DNA of 64,000 nucleotides, taken from NCBI GenBank assembly GCA_002269645.1, contig NIVC01001528.1, positions 31,713 to 95,712 on the forward strand, in the 5' to 3' direction. Positions 23,672 to 35,400 of this stretch are shown in pieces. Source of the stretch: Macrostomum lignano. Taxonomy: Eukaryota. The notes beneath the pieces were generated by a model that was not told the origin of the DNA, ran no database searches, and was given only the letters and a program-made list of their open reading frames with translations. Every line of letters begins with the position of its first letter. Position 1 is the first letter of the stretch. The position numbers were made by a program, and so were the translations under genes.

Positions 23672-25384
23672 GTGTGCTCTTTGCTAAGTTGCTGCACCGG
23701 GCCAGTGGGCCGTCCTCTCCCCCCCCCCTCGTTAGATATTTTCTGACTCACCCACCTGCACTTCTGCGCGTGCGTACCCCTCCCCTCCCTGCCTAGACCT
23801 TTTCTGTTGAGTCAACCCCCCATGCTCTGCGTGCGACCCCCCCCCCTGTGCGACCCCGCCCCATTATTTTGTTAGCTTTGCTGCCCCGCCCCTGTTTGTG
23901 ATTGGCTGCCAGTCCCAGTCTGCCGTGCTACGCCCCGGCGATTGGCTGGTACAGCTCATGCGTTGCCTTGGCTGATGTCTAAGCCCCCTTTTCTGCCTTT
24001 ATCCCGCGCCCTCAACCCCCAGTTTGCTGCCTATTTATTCAGAGCCCCTTGAGACCCCATTCTCGTCGTCTTCGTGGCTCCTCGGCGATTGTACCAGCGT
24101 TGGTTGCTGAATTGCTATTCCTCGCAGAATTGCTAGACAAATATATAAGTAAAGAATATCGAGATCACCACTGCTCTGACGGCGCTGTTTCTTGTACGAC
24201 TGAAATCGCGGCTGGTAAGCCTTCCAATTTGCACGTCATTTGGGTCTGCCTCTGTACTAGGCACCTTAGAGGGATTAAGTGCGTCGTACGCCGGTCCCAC
24301 CCCAAGCAGCTCTGCGTCGTACGCGAGTCTGTAGGCTGTCGTGCGTCGTACGCTCGAGCAGCCTAGTCCCGACGGACACCGCGTCGTACGCGTGTCAGTG
24401 GAGGACCGTAGCCAGGGTCAGTACACGAACCCGGGTCTGGGAAAGGGGCACGAAAGGACCGAGCCCTTGAGCCCCATCATCACAATGTTTACTGCACTTT
24501 AAGACTCCAAGAACGCAAGATCTGTCATGTGACTTGCTCACAAGACAGAGGAAAACGGGACGGGAACGAAACAAAGACAGCCCACAGCAGAGAAGCTGAG
24601 GGCTGAGAACAGCAGCACAGAAAACGAACAGCAAAGGGGGAGAGGGTGGCAAGCAGACAGACAAAGGGAGGCGGGAAGCTGACCAGCGGCAGACAGCAAC
24701 CCGGGGAAGGCGCGGGCAAGGGAGGCTGCTGACAAAGTGTGACGCCTAACACTAAAACTAGCGGCTCACTGCAATGCTAATTAATGCTCTCACAAACTAC
24801 TGAAAGTAAGACTTAAGAACGGACCACGCCAAGGAGGGCTTTGGGTCTCCCTCGCTCGTTTTTCTAAGCAGAAGTCACGGCATCACAGTGAAAACCATGG
24901 GTAGAGCCGTAATGTCCTTTGTCCACAGCCGGTGCAGAAGGCGCTGCTTCTGACTCTGCGGGCCGACTCCGGCACCCTGTTTGACGCTGTTTATTATTTA
25001 CGAAGCAAACGAAAAGAGCAACCACATGTAGAGACTTGTTTGTCACCAAATTTCTCAATATTACTCGTATATTTTTCAATGATTTTCAATGCAAAAATAT
25101 TGAATAATCTTTGCTGGAAATCCATCTTGGCGTTGATGATGCAACAGAAAATAACTCTGATCAGAGAAAGTCACAGCAGAGCAAGCAAACCGGAAATCAG
25201 CCGCCAGTAAGTTAATCAAAGCTCAAAGCTAATCATTTCCAGCATCAAACTTCAGTTTAGAAGTGCCTTTATTAACTTTAACAGAACAGAGAATTAAGAG
25301 GAGTAGGCTAAAAAATACAAAGATTTTAATCAAGGAGGGGCTCTGCTGTTACGGACTGCTCAAGTTCAACTCATCGCTCACTGA

Positions 25385-26139
25385 TCACAGCTTCACCCAG
25401 ACCCACTGGGCCTCACTGGCGACCTCGCTGGGCACAGCGGCGAATCTCATGAGGCGGCACATCCGGCTGGACTGCACGAAGGCGCAGGCGAGGCAGTCCG
25501 GGCTGCGGTGGCAGGCGGCGAGGCACTCGAAGGCCACCGTGGCCTCCTGGCTCCAGTAAACCCTCCGGACCAGCATTTCGGGCACGGTGATCAGAGCGAT
25601 TTTGGTTGAAGCCATCGACTTGTAGGACCCATTGGCTGGAGTTTAACGAATAAATAAACCTTATTTTAAACAAAAACATTGTCAACAGCCACATCGCTGA
25701 ACTCACCTGTTGTGTAGATGTTTTCATGCAAACTGATTTTTTTGGTCCCACCGCAGGACTGTGAGTTGTTTCCGGCGCACTTCTTAACATCACAGCCTCC
25801 ACCGTTGCACGGCGGAATACGCTGCACAGTCGACCCGCAGACGCACTCGCTCCCATCGCGCAGACCGAAGTAACGAAATCTGCCCATGGCGCAGGCGCCA
25901 CTGCAGAACTCGACGGTCATGTCGTCTCTGTCAAGGACGCCTCTAACAAAATCAACATCATAGGCACCAAGAATTGCCACACCCGTCAGCCCGTTCAAGT
26001 CCCCATGCGAGCTGTTACCGGAAGTGTCCAGGCAGCAGTCCACGTGGTTAATGAATTGCACAATGGGCTGCCCGAACACCGAGGCAGCTGTCAAGAGTCC
26101 AACAGCCGAAGTGAGCGAGATGAAGGCCGATGGCGACAT
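25385..26139 (-). CDS. WSC-PAN family copy 5 (227 aa), with a highly divergent WSC
   Basis: Exons 26139-25707 and 25635-25385, 71-bp phase-1 GT-AG intron. Signal peptide, WSC (MTVEFCSGACAMGRFRYFGL..CVCG..CAGN..SCGG) and PAN. Confidence 0.85.
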
Positions 26140-26266
26140 TTCTGTCGCAGTTTAGCAGCGAGAGGGGAATTTCACGGAGAACATCTGGCCTGGCCGCTTA
26201 AATGCAGTTGATGCTGAATTTGCAGCTCTTTTACTTTATTGGTTGCCAGGCCCCGATGCTGAAATG

Positions 26267-26280
26267 GTTGCTATGGAAAC
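26267..26280. promoter_or_regulatory. RFX X-box upstream of copy 5
   Basis: GTTGCTATGGAAAC, 128 bp upstream of the minus-strand ATG. Confidence 0.5.
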
Positions 26281-27051
26281 GATGCCGCTGTGCGTACAAG
26301 CCAGGCCCGTATGAGATATTTGCATAATCGAAATCAAGTCCCAAGTTTCGGCCTTGATGAAATATGGGAGACTTTTAAGTGGTGACAGCGCCGGTGTGTG
26401 AATGCTTTATGAGTTGCCACTCATTTTCTTGCGAGCGTGATCAATACTTGACTTCAATCTCTCACTCTCACACAGTCACTGACGTAAAAAATCGTGTGAA
26501 CGTGCGTGATTTCGGACATTTTACGAGCTACACTGTACTTACAAGTCAGTGTCCCTCAGTAATGTCCCTCAGTAATACTTTTCAACTATAATATTCAACC
26601 ATCGCTATGAGCCTTGATAATTATCTTTGCAAAGAAAAAAAACCAGAATAAAAACTTCATGCCTTGTTGGGCGGTTACAGCGGAAAGTTTCGCAAACTGT
26701 CTTGTCACACAACCATGCTCTCCACGAAGTGACAGTCGTTGTTCCGACAGGAGTCACAAGATGCTCAGCTTCCTACCAACAAGCATCATTCACATGTGTT
26801 CAAAGGGAAGCAGAGCGGAGCTGCAACAGGAAGTGAAGACTGCCTTCGGTTTGGATCGATCACAGTTTATCACGTCTCCACAACTTTTGTTAAAGCATCA
26901 GTTGCAGTGTTCCATTCTCAGTGAGCACTCAGCACCGGGCATGATCCGGTCTTGGAGCCGCTGCTTCGGAAGACAAAAGTTTGCAGCTGCAGGACGCGCG
27001 GCTTCCTCTTGGCTTGGCTCAGTTTATCACCTGGCATATCAGCAGGCAAGT

Positions 27052-27187
27052 GCAATATCAGCAATCATGAATGCAATATCAGCAATCAAGAATGAAATAT
27101 CAGCAATCATGAATGCAATATCAGCAATCATGAATGCAATATCAGCAATCATGAATGCAACGTCAGCAAATATGAATGCAATATCCC
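27052..27187. repeat. 21-bp tandem repeat (ATATCAGCAATCATGAATGCA), about 6 copies
   Basis: Direct array. Confidence 0.9.
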
Positions 27188-27903
27188 TCAAGTTTTTAGT
27201 TCTTAGGCCGAAAACACAGACAAAGATCTGCAATGCCGCCGTGAAAACTCTTTGTTCCGTCATTCTACTTTTTAGTGTTTCTGTGCTCGAAGCTCCCTAC
27301 TGGGGCCTCGCTCAAGCAGAAGCTGTGAAACAATTTGGGAAAGCAGCACCACATATCTGCTTTTAGCTCGTATTTAAAATATTGAGGCACTTTCGAGTTG
27401 ATCTTATGATATGGTGAAGTACTGTATCTGATATATGCCTCGGTAATTCTCGTATAAATTAAAACGAAATTGCTCTGATTACACCTTACTACTGTTTCAG
27501 TAGCATAAGTCAGTTTTAGATGCAAAAACTAGACGGCGAGTTGGATTTTCATTATTCACCAATTCTAACTATAAGCTACTTATTACGAGCTACTAAAATG
27601 TTAATCAACACAGCATCGGAGTTACGAGTAGCCAATGCATTTTTTGCCAAAAGGTCAAACTCGTACTAATCATGAAGTCTCTACATGCATTGTATTTGTT
27701 ATATAGCTCGCACAGGCATTGAAGCAGAGAATGTAATCTATAAACTGGCTCATACCAAAGCAGAGAGGCAATAAATATAGTTCAGAAAATATTGTCAATA
27801 TTGTCAATATTTCATCGGATGTTGCGCCAAAGAGCAGCTACCGGTGTGCAGAGGCTTCATGCCTAGAGAATCTACCAAATGATCAGCGACAGACCATCGC
27901 AGG

Positions 27904-28669
27904 TTACTCAGTGTACAGCTTCACCCAGACCCACTGGGCCTCGCTGGCGACCTCGCTGGGCACAGCGGCGAATCTCAGGAGGCGGCACATCCGGCTGGAC
28001 TGCACGAAGGCGCAGGCGAGGCAGTCCGGGCTTCGGTGGCAGGCGGCGAGACACTCGAAGGCCACCGTGGCCTCCTGGCTCCAGTAGGTGCTGTTCTCTG
28101 GCTGTCCGGGCGCGGTGGTGAGCATCGACTTGGTTGAGGCCACGCGCTTGAAGAGGCCGGTCTCTGAGCAGCAGCACAAATGCAGAAAAATGTAGATGCA
28201 GGAATTGTTAGCCAAAAGACCCGAAAATGTTCTTACCGGGCGCATAGATGTTCTCATAAATGGAGTTTCTACTTTGACCGCCGCACTTCTGGCTGCTGTT
28301 TCCAGTGCAGTCTTCGTTACACTCAGAATCTGATGAAGCGGCTCCGTGCAGTCCGTAGCTGTTGCCGCAGAAGCAGAAGCCTTGCGCCTGCATACTAAAG
28401 TAGCGAAATCTGCCCAGGGCGCAGAGGCTGCTGCAGCTCTCGATGGTGACGGTGTATCCATTGAAAAAGTAGGCGAACTCAATCTTATCAGTGAAAGGCC
28501 CAATGGTCTTCAACCCAGTCAGGCCTTTCAAATCTCTGTTGCTGTTGTCACCATCAACAAAGCAGCCGATGTATCCGTGATGCAGCACACTTGGCTGACT
28601 CATCGCAACCAGGAACAGCAGGGCCAGAGGCACGGATAGGAGGACAGTCAGGTGCACGGAGCGCTGCAT
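27904..28669 (-). CDS. WSC-PAN family copy 6 (230 aa)
   Basis: Exons 28669-28237 and 28163-27904, 73-bp phase-1 GT-AG intron. Closely related to copies 1 and 2. Confidence 0.88.
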
Positions 28670-28922
28670 GCTGGCGCACTGGCGGTTACAGCAAGCTGGA
28701 TGAAGACTGAAGGCTGCTGGACACCCTTTGACTAGATTTGCAGGCAAGCCAAGAGACCAAGCCAAGACCTCTTAGGCGGATGCGTATTATATACAAAATT
28801 CGCCGCAATAAACAATGGCATGAATGAATGAAATTCATGCAGATGCAATTTCATTGGTTGCTGCGACTCGCGGGCCTAGTGGCAAAAGTTCTCTTGGGCA
28901 GACTGGCGAGCAGTTCAGACAG

Positions 28923-28936
28923 GTTGCCATGGTAAC
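28923..28936 (-). promoter_or_regulatory. RFX X-box upstream of copy 6
   Basis: GTTGCCATGGTAAC (reverse complement GTTACCATGGCAAC), about 255 bp upstream of the ATG, in a promoter homologous to that of copy 1. Confidence 0.55.
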
Positions 28937-30319
28937 CAGCAAAACACAAGCAGCTCAGCTCCCCCTTTGTCCATCTTGACCATGCAGCAGAGAGACAAGA
29001 AACAAAGCTCGCTTTGTCTCGCTTGATTGACACGGCTGACAGTTTTTCTCAGCCTCCCTAGGTAAGGTGGTTTAATCTCCATACAGTCATGCGGCTTGCC
29101 CACAGACCTGTATCTGCACTCCCACAGGGCAGGATGAATGACACGGCTATGGCAATTTCCTGAATCTGCACGGATCGCCTTGAGGAAGTGGATCCGAGGC
29201 GCGCGCGAAGAACTGCTGCGGAGTTCTCTCCACGGCTGCTTCTCCTAGTAGCAGCTTTCTTCTGCTTCGCACAGCAACGCGGGTGGTCGCGCGATTTCTC
29301 CAGCGCTGGAGGAAGCGCTGCCGCTCCGAGCAACCCCAGGGAGGTCATTGTTAAGCTACACAAAACCAAGTGAAGCTACGGATGGCAGCTAATACAAAAA
29401 ATTGAAACAAAAGACAGCAGCAAGAATGCATGGCATGCCTTGTCAGAGAACTTCTAAAAAGATTTTAGCACACATCATCAGCCTTCTTAATTTACTGAGC
29501 AGCTGTCAACAAAGCAGTCATAGCTTCGATCTTGGGTACTGTAAAATGGAAAAAGCGCTACATAATGAAGAGTGCGAGTTGAGCATGATCGAGCATTTTA
29601 CTAATGCACTGATGGTCCTCCGAAACATTCAAACTGATGGACACCTGAAGCATCTCATTCACCAGATGAAAACAGTAACCTTGACCAAGAAGCGTCTCAG
29701 GGTCATTTGCGTCGCCCCGGAATCGTTGCAGGGACACAGGTAAAATAGGAAAGTGACTCAAGACGACTCTCAAACGATGAGATGTCACAGTACAAGTCGC
29801 CATAAAAAATCGCCTTATAGTTAATTTGAGGCATTGTCTGCAACTCTGAATTCTGAAACGATTATGGGGCGCTTCTACATGTATAATGACTCTGGGGCCA
29901 TGGAGTCGTACCTGATAAATACTAGAGTCCGAGTAGAGCCACTGAGTTGCGTCAAAAGTGCATCTGCATCGCTTTATGAATCAGAATCGCATTTTGCATT
30001 TATATAACAAATTCGCTATTCAGTCAATTTGGGTTAGAAAAAATTAAGCGCTCTTGGACGATTTTTTCGCGAACTGTTACGATTCTGAAACTCAGATGAT
30101 GCGTCCATGACTCAACAGTCGCATCTCCGTTCCATTTACAGTCGGTTGAGTCGTTAAATAATTAATAATAATAATAATAAACAGTCATAAGAGTCGTCCC
30201 AGAGTCGCCAGAGCCACTAGTGAACTGTTGGCAAAGATTCTTTTAGCGAATCTTTTCACGGTAACGTTTTCAACTGGTTAACCCGACAGACACCCGAAAC
30301 ATCCCACTCGAATTCAACC

Positions 30320-31185
30320 CCATGGACACCTGAAACATTCCATGCAACCTAATGGACACCTGAAACATTCCATGCAACCTAATGGACACCTGAAACATTC
30401 CATGCAACCTAATGACCTAATGGACACCTGAAACATTCCATGCAACCTAATGACCTAATGGACACCTGAAACATTCCATGCAACCTAATGGACACCTGAA
30501 ACATTCCATGCAACCATATGGACACCTGAAACATTCCATGCAACCATATGGACACCTGAAACATTCCATGCAACCATATGGACACCTGAAACATTCCATG
30601 CAACCATATGGACACCTGAAACATTCCATGCAACCATATGGACACCTGAAACATTCCATGCAACCATATGGACACCTGAAACATTCCATGCAACCATATG
30701 GACACCTGAAACATTCCATGCAACCATATGGACACCTGAAACATTCCATGCAACCATATGGACACCTGAAACATTCCATGCAACCAAATGGACACCTGAA
30801 ACATTCCATGCAATCTAATGGACACCTGAAACATTCCATTTAATCTAATGGACACCTGAAACATTCCATGCAATCTAATGGACACCTGAAACATTCCATG
30901 CAATCTAATGAACACCTGAAACATTCCATGCAAGCTAATGAACACCTGAAACATCCCATGTAACCCAATGGACACCTGAAACATCCTATGCAACCAAATG
31001 GACACCTGAAACATCTCATGTAACCCAATGGACACCTGAAAAATCCCATGCAACCAATGGACACTTAAAACATCCCATGTAACCCAATGGACACCTGAAA
31101 CATCCCATGCAACCAATGGACACTTAAAACATCCCATGTAACCCAATGGACACCTGAAACATCCCATGCAACCCAATGGACACCT
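30320..31185. repeat. 30-bp minisatellite (GGACACCTGAAACATTCCATGCAACCATAT), about 28 copies
   Basis: Direct array with a homogeneous centre and diverged edges. Confidence 0.95.
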
Positions 31186-32074
31186 TAAACAGAAACTAAA
31201 GCAACAATAACAATAAATATTAATGATTGAATAGCGAAAACAATTCGAAAATACGTATTTTGTCAGTTGGTTAAAAGATAGCCAAGTATTTTGTGTTAGC
31301 TCGATATAACACAATTTAACCAAAAATCTTGCTGATTGGGCAAAAATCCTCATAATGGAACGTTGAAATTGAAATGGACAAGCAGAGCAGCAGACATACC
31401 AATAAATGTATTAACATCAAATTCTCGAAGGCATTGCCATGCAGCTATTCTTTCATATTTAACTTGGCCAAAAAGCAGCTCTAAGGACTAATGGGAGACC
31501 AGTTTCTGTAACAGAATTTTAATATAAAAACTACAACAATAAGGCAAGATGCGTACACGGTACTATAAGTAGGCTACTCAATAAACATGCAGAGAGTTTA
31601 TAAATTGACAGAAAAAACAAACAAGTGAATGTTGATTGCTAGCTAAGTAAAACAAAGCCTATCACGCGGTGCATTCGTGACGAATTATAACAATAAAGTC
31701 TACTATGCATAATAATTATGGCAAAATGGGGAAAAATTTGTATTAAATAAAAATTTCTAGCGCTCATTAAAAAAACTGCAAGCGTCATTGATAATCAGAA
31801 GACACTGCGCGAGTTCAACCGGTGCATGATCACGGAGCCTAATGAAACAGTTCATATGGACTAAAAATAGCAGAAAACGCGGAAGAAGAAAACTAAAGGA
31901 AACACAGGAATCTGGCTGCGCGACTGATAAATATCTGCTGACAGGCACTGGAGGCGAGTTGAGGAGTGGCTGCGGTTGCACTGGCCGAGACAACTGAATT
32001 CTGATGCACGAATATAACGAATGAGGAGTCTGAGGGCGGGAGGCAAGGGGACTGACGGGATCTTGAGTGCATTA

Positions 32075-32345
32075 AGAGAAGAGAGGAGAGGAGAGGAGAG
32101 GAGAGGAGAGGAGAAGGGAGACAGAGAGTGAGTGGAAGAGGGAGAAGGAGAGGGTGGAGAGGAAGGAGAGGGTGTAGAGGGTGGAGAGGGCGTAGAGGGT
32201 GAAGAGGGTGAAGAGGAAGGAGAGGGTGGAGAGGGTGAAGAGGAAGGAGAGGGTGAAGAGGAAGGAGAGGGTGAAGAAGAAGGAGAAGGTAGCAGAGGAG
32301 GGAGGAGAGATTGGAGGGAGGGAGTGTGAGAGAGATGAGGACAGA
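32075..32345. repeat. Purine-rich (GA-rich) low-complexity tract downstream of the PC stop
   Basis: (GAGAG)n and GAGGGTGAAGAGGAAG-type units. Confidence 0.8.
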
Positions 32346-32499
32346 GAGCTGAAGACGGAGAGCTGATGCATGCAGAGAGGAGTGCCAATGAAACTCAGCA
32401 TAGCGGCACTAGACAAGCCAGAATCAGTCGTTGCTACCAGAATCAAAGGGGGCTCCCACACCGCCAGCAACAGTGAGTCCAGCAGCTGCGCAACCGCCA

Positions 32500-35400
32500 T
32501 CACTCCATATCGATGAGCAGATCGTTGCCCTCCACTTTGTCCCCGGCGCCAACGTGGATGGTTTTGATTCGGCCGGCGATTGGCGCGGTGACCACCAGCT
32601 CCATCTTCATGGCGGACACCACCATGAGCGGCTGGCCCTTCTCAACCACATCGTCCAACTGCACCTTGACGTCGAGGATCTCGCCAGGCATCGGGGCGCC
32701 GATGGAGCCCTTGACGGTGGCCTTGGCCTTGGGGCGGATGGTCACGTTCTTTGAAGCCTCCTAAAAAAAGTGAAAAAGTAAAAAATGTTTTCTACTAAAT
32801 AGTAGACTGATGCTGTTTTGCAAAGTAATATATAGCAAGTTTGTTAAACTTTACAAATACAAGCAAGCAATTTGAGTTTGAGCTTTTATGCGGTTTGAGG
32901 ACATTTTCCAATGGTTCAGGGGCGATTCTTCTGCAGGCTCAGGGGCGATTCTGATGGATCAGGGGCGATTCTGATGGATCAGGGGCGATTCTGATGGATC
33001 AGGGGCGATTCTTCTGCACGATCAGGGGCGATTCTTCTGCACGATCAGGGGCGATTCTTCTGCAGGATCAGGGGCGATTCTGATGAATTGGGGGCGATTC
33101 TGATGGATTGGGGGCGATTCTGATGGATCAGGGCCGATTCTAATGGATTGGGGGCGATTCTGATGGATCAGGGGCGATTCTGATGGATTGGGGGCGATTC
33201 TGATGGATCAGGGGCGATTCTGATGGATAAGGGGGCGATGATCCTGGTGGATTTAAAGGCGGTTCTTTAACTGCTTCTAGTGAAGGTCCAGCGATTCCCA
33301 TTGTTCTTTTATGGCTGCAAGAACTTTTACCAAGAGTTGAAAGACTGTCTATAACAGAAATTTGCACTAATCTTTAGCTAAGCCAGCTGCCAGAATTACC
33401 TTGTCAGTGATGTAGACCACTCTCTGCTGGCCGTTCAGCTCGAAGAAGCACTCGCTCTTGCCCGTCTTGTCCGGCTCTGCCACGGCCAGCGGCTTGATGT
33501 AGATGGTCTTGCCGCGCTCCAGGTGGATCTCCAGCTCCTCGGCAATCTTCGGGCCCTGGAAGAACACGCGGGTCTGCAGCTTGCTGACCGCCCCGTACTT
33601 CTGGCGGATCACCGCGAAGTCGTCGAACACGCGCGGATAAAGAGCGGCGCTAATCACGTCTTTGTCGCTGATCTCCTGGTCGCCGAATTTCTCCTGCAGG
33701 CTGGCCCGCAGAGCGTCGAAGTCCAACGGCGGCAACTCGGCGCCCGGCCGGCCGGAGAAGCGCGGCTGCCGGCCCTGCAGGACGCCGCGGGCCAGCTGCT
33801 CGGGGAAGCCGCCAACCGGCTGGCCGATCAGGCCGTCGAAGAATTCCACCACGGAGGTGGGGAAGGACAGCTCGGAGGCCTTGTCGATGACGTCCTGCTT
33901 GGACAGGTTGTTGGCCACCATGAACTGGGCCAGGTCGCCTACGATCTTCGAGCTGGGAGTCACCTGGCGGCGGAGGGTTGGAGAAGTATTGTTATTGAGT
34001 AGTGTAGTTGAGTAGTATAATTGAGTAGGATAATTGAGTAGGATAATTGGGTAGGATAATTGAGTAGGATAATTGAGTAGGATAATTGGGTAGGATAATT
34101 GAGTAGGATAATTGGGTAGGATAATTGAGTAGGATAATTGAGTAGGATAATTGGGTAGTAGAATTGAGTAGGATAATTGGGTAGGATAATTGAGTAGGAT
34201 AATTGAGTAGGATAATTGGGTAGTAGAATTGAGTAGTGTAAGTGAGTAGGATAACTGAGTAGTATAGTTGAGTAGTATAATGAAGTAGTATAGTTGAGTG
34301 GGTAATCGAGTAGGATAATTGAGTAAGATAATTGAGTAGAATAATTAGATGGTATAATTGAATAGTATAACTGAGTAGTATAACTGAGTAGTATAATTGA
34401 GTAGGATAATTAAGTAGTATAGACCGAAATTCCGTGGGAGCAGTTCAGACTCAGGGAGGGAATTAAAACCAGCGGATAAGAATGTGATAAGAGATATGCG
34501 TATTTAAGAAATTATTGGAGTTATAGAAAGTAGCAAACGGCGAAGCCAAACCTTTATAATATCGCCCATAAGCTCGTTGGCTTCAGCAAATTTCTTCTTG
34601 ACCAGCTCAAACTGGTTGGACAGGCCCAGGCTGATAGACTGGAACTGCAGGTTGGTGTACTGGCCACCTGGGATCTCGTTTTCGTACACGTCCGCGTTGC
34701 CGCTGCGCATGGTGCTGGTGCACTCGAAATTGGCGTACAGCCGCCTGCGGGAGCGGGGTGATGATGGGTTTCTGAGCATGCCACCTGGGAAACCGGTGAC
34801 TTAATACCTGGGAAACCGGTGACTTAGTACCTGGGAAACCGGTGACTTAAAGCCGGGAAACCGGTGAGTGGTGACTTAGTAAAAATCAATAAGAATAAAA
34901 AATGGTTTTTATTGAACCACAAGACAAACCAGTTCACCTGGGAACAGGACAAACCAGTTCACCTGGGAACAGGACAAACCAGTTTACCTGGGAATAGGAT
35001 AAACCAGTTCACCTGGGAACAGGATAAACCAGTTCACCTGGGAACAGGATAAACCAGTTCACCTGGGAACAGGACAAACCAGTTTACCTGGGAACAGGAC
35101 AAACCAGTTCACCTGGGAACAGGATAAACCAGTTCACCTGGGAACAGGACAAACCAGTTCACCTGGGAACAGGACAAACCAGTTCACCTGGGAACAGGAC
35201 AAACCAGTTCACCTGGGAACAGGACAAACCAGTTCACCTGGGAACAGGACAAACCAGTTCACCTGTTGACAGTTCACACATTCAACCCGAGAGGCAGGCG
35301 CATACCTGGCCACCTCCCAATACGCGCTATACGGAGTGACATCGCTAAGTTTGACTCCGCAGTCCTGCTGCAGGCAGGACACCAAAGCGCCCATAGACGG

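Noticed and set aside
23672-24750. Second LTR-like segment with TATATAAG and CGTCGTACGC repeats
   Set aside because: No PBS, PPT, TSD or partner LTR could be identified, so it is too weak to annotate.
26614-27366. 250-aa ORF
   Set aside because: No recognisable motifs, and part of its length comes from the 21-bp repeat. Likely non-coding.
30409-31353. 314-aa and other periodic ORFs
   Set aside because: The 10-aa periodicity equals the 30-bp repeat unit. No coding signature.
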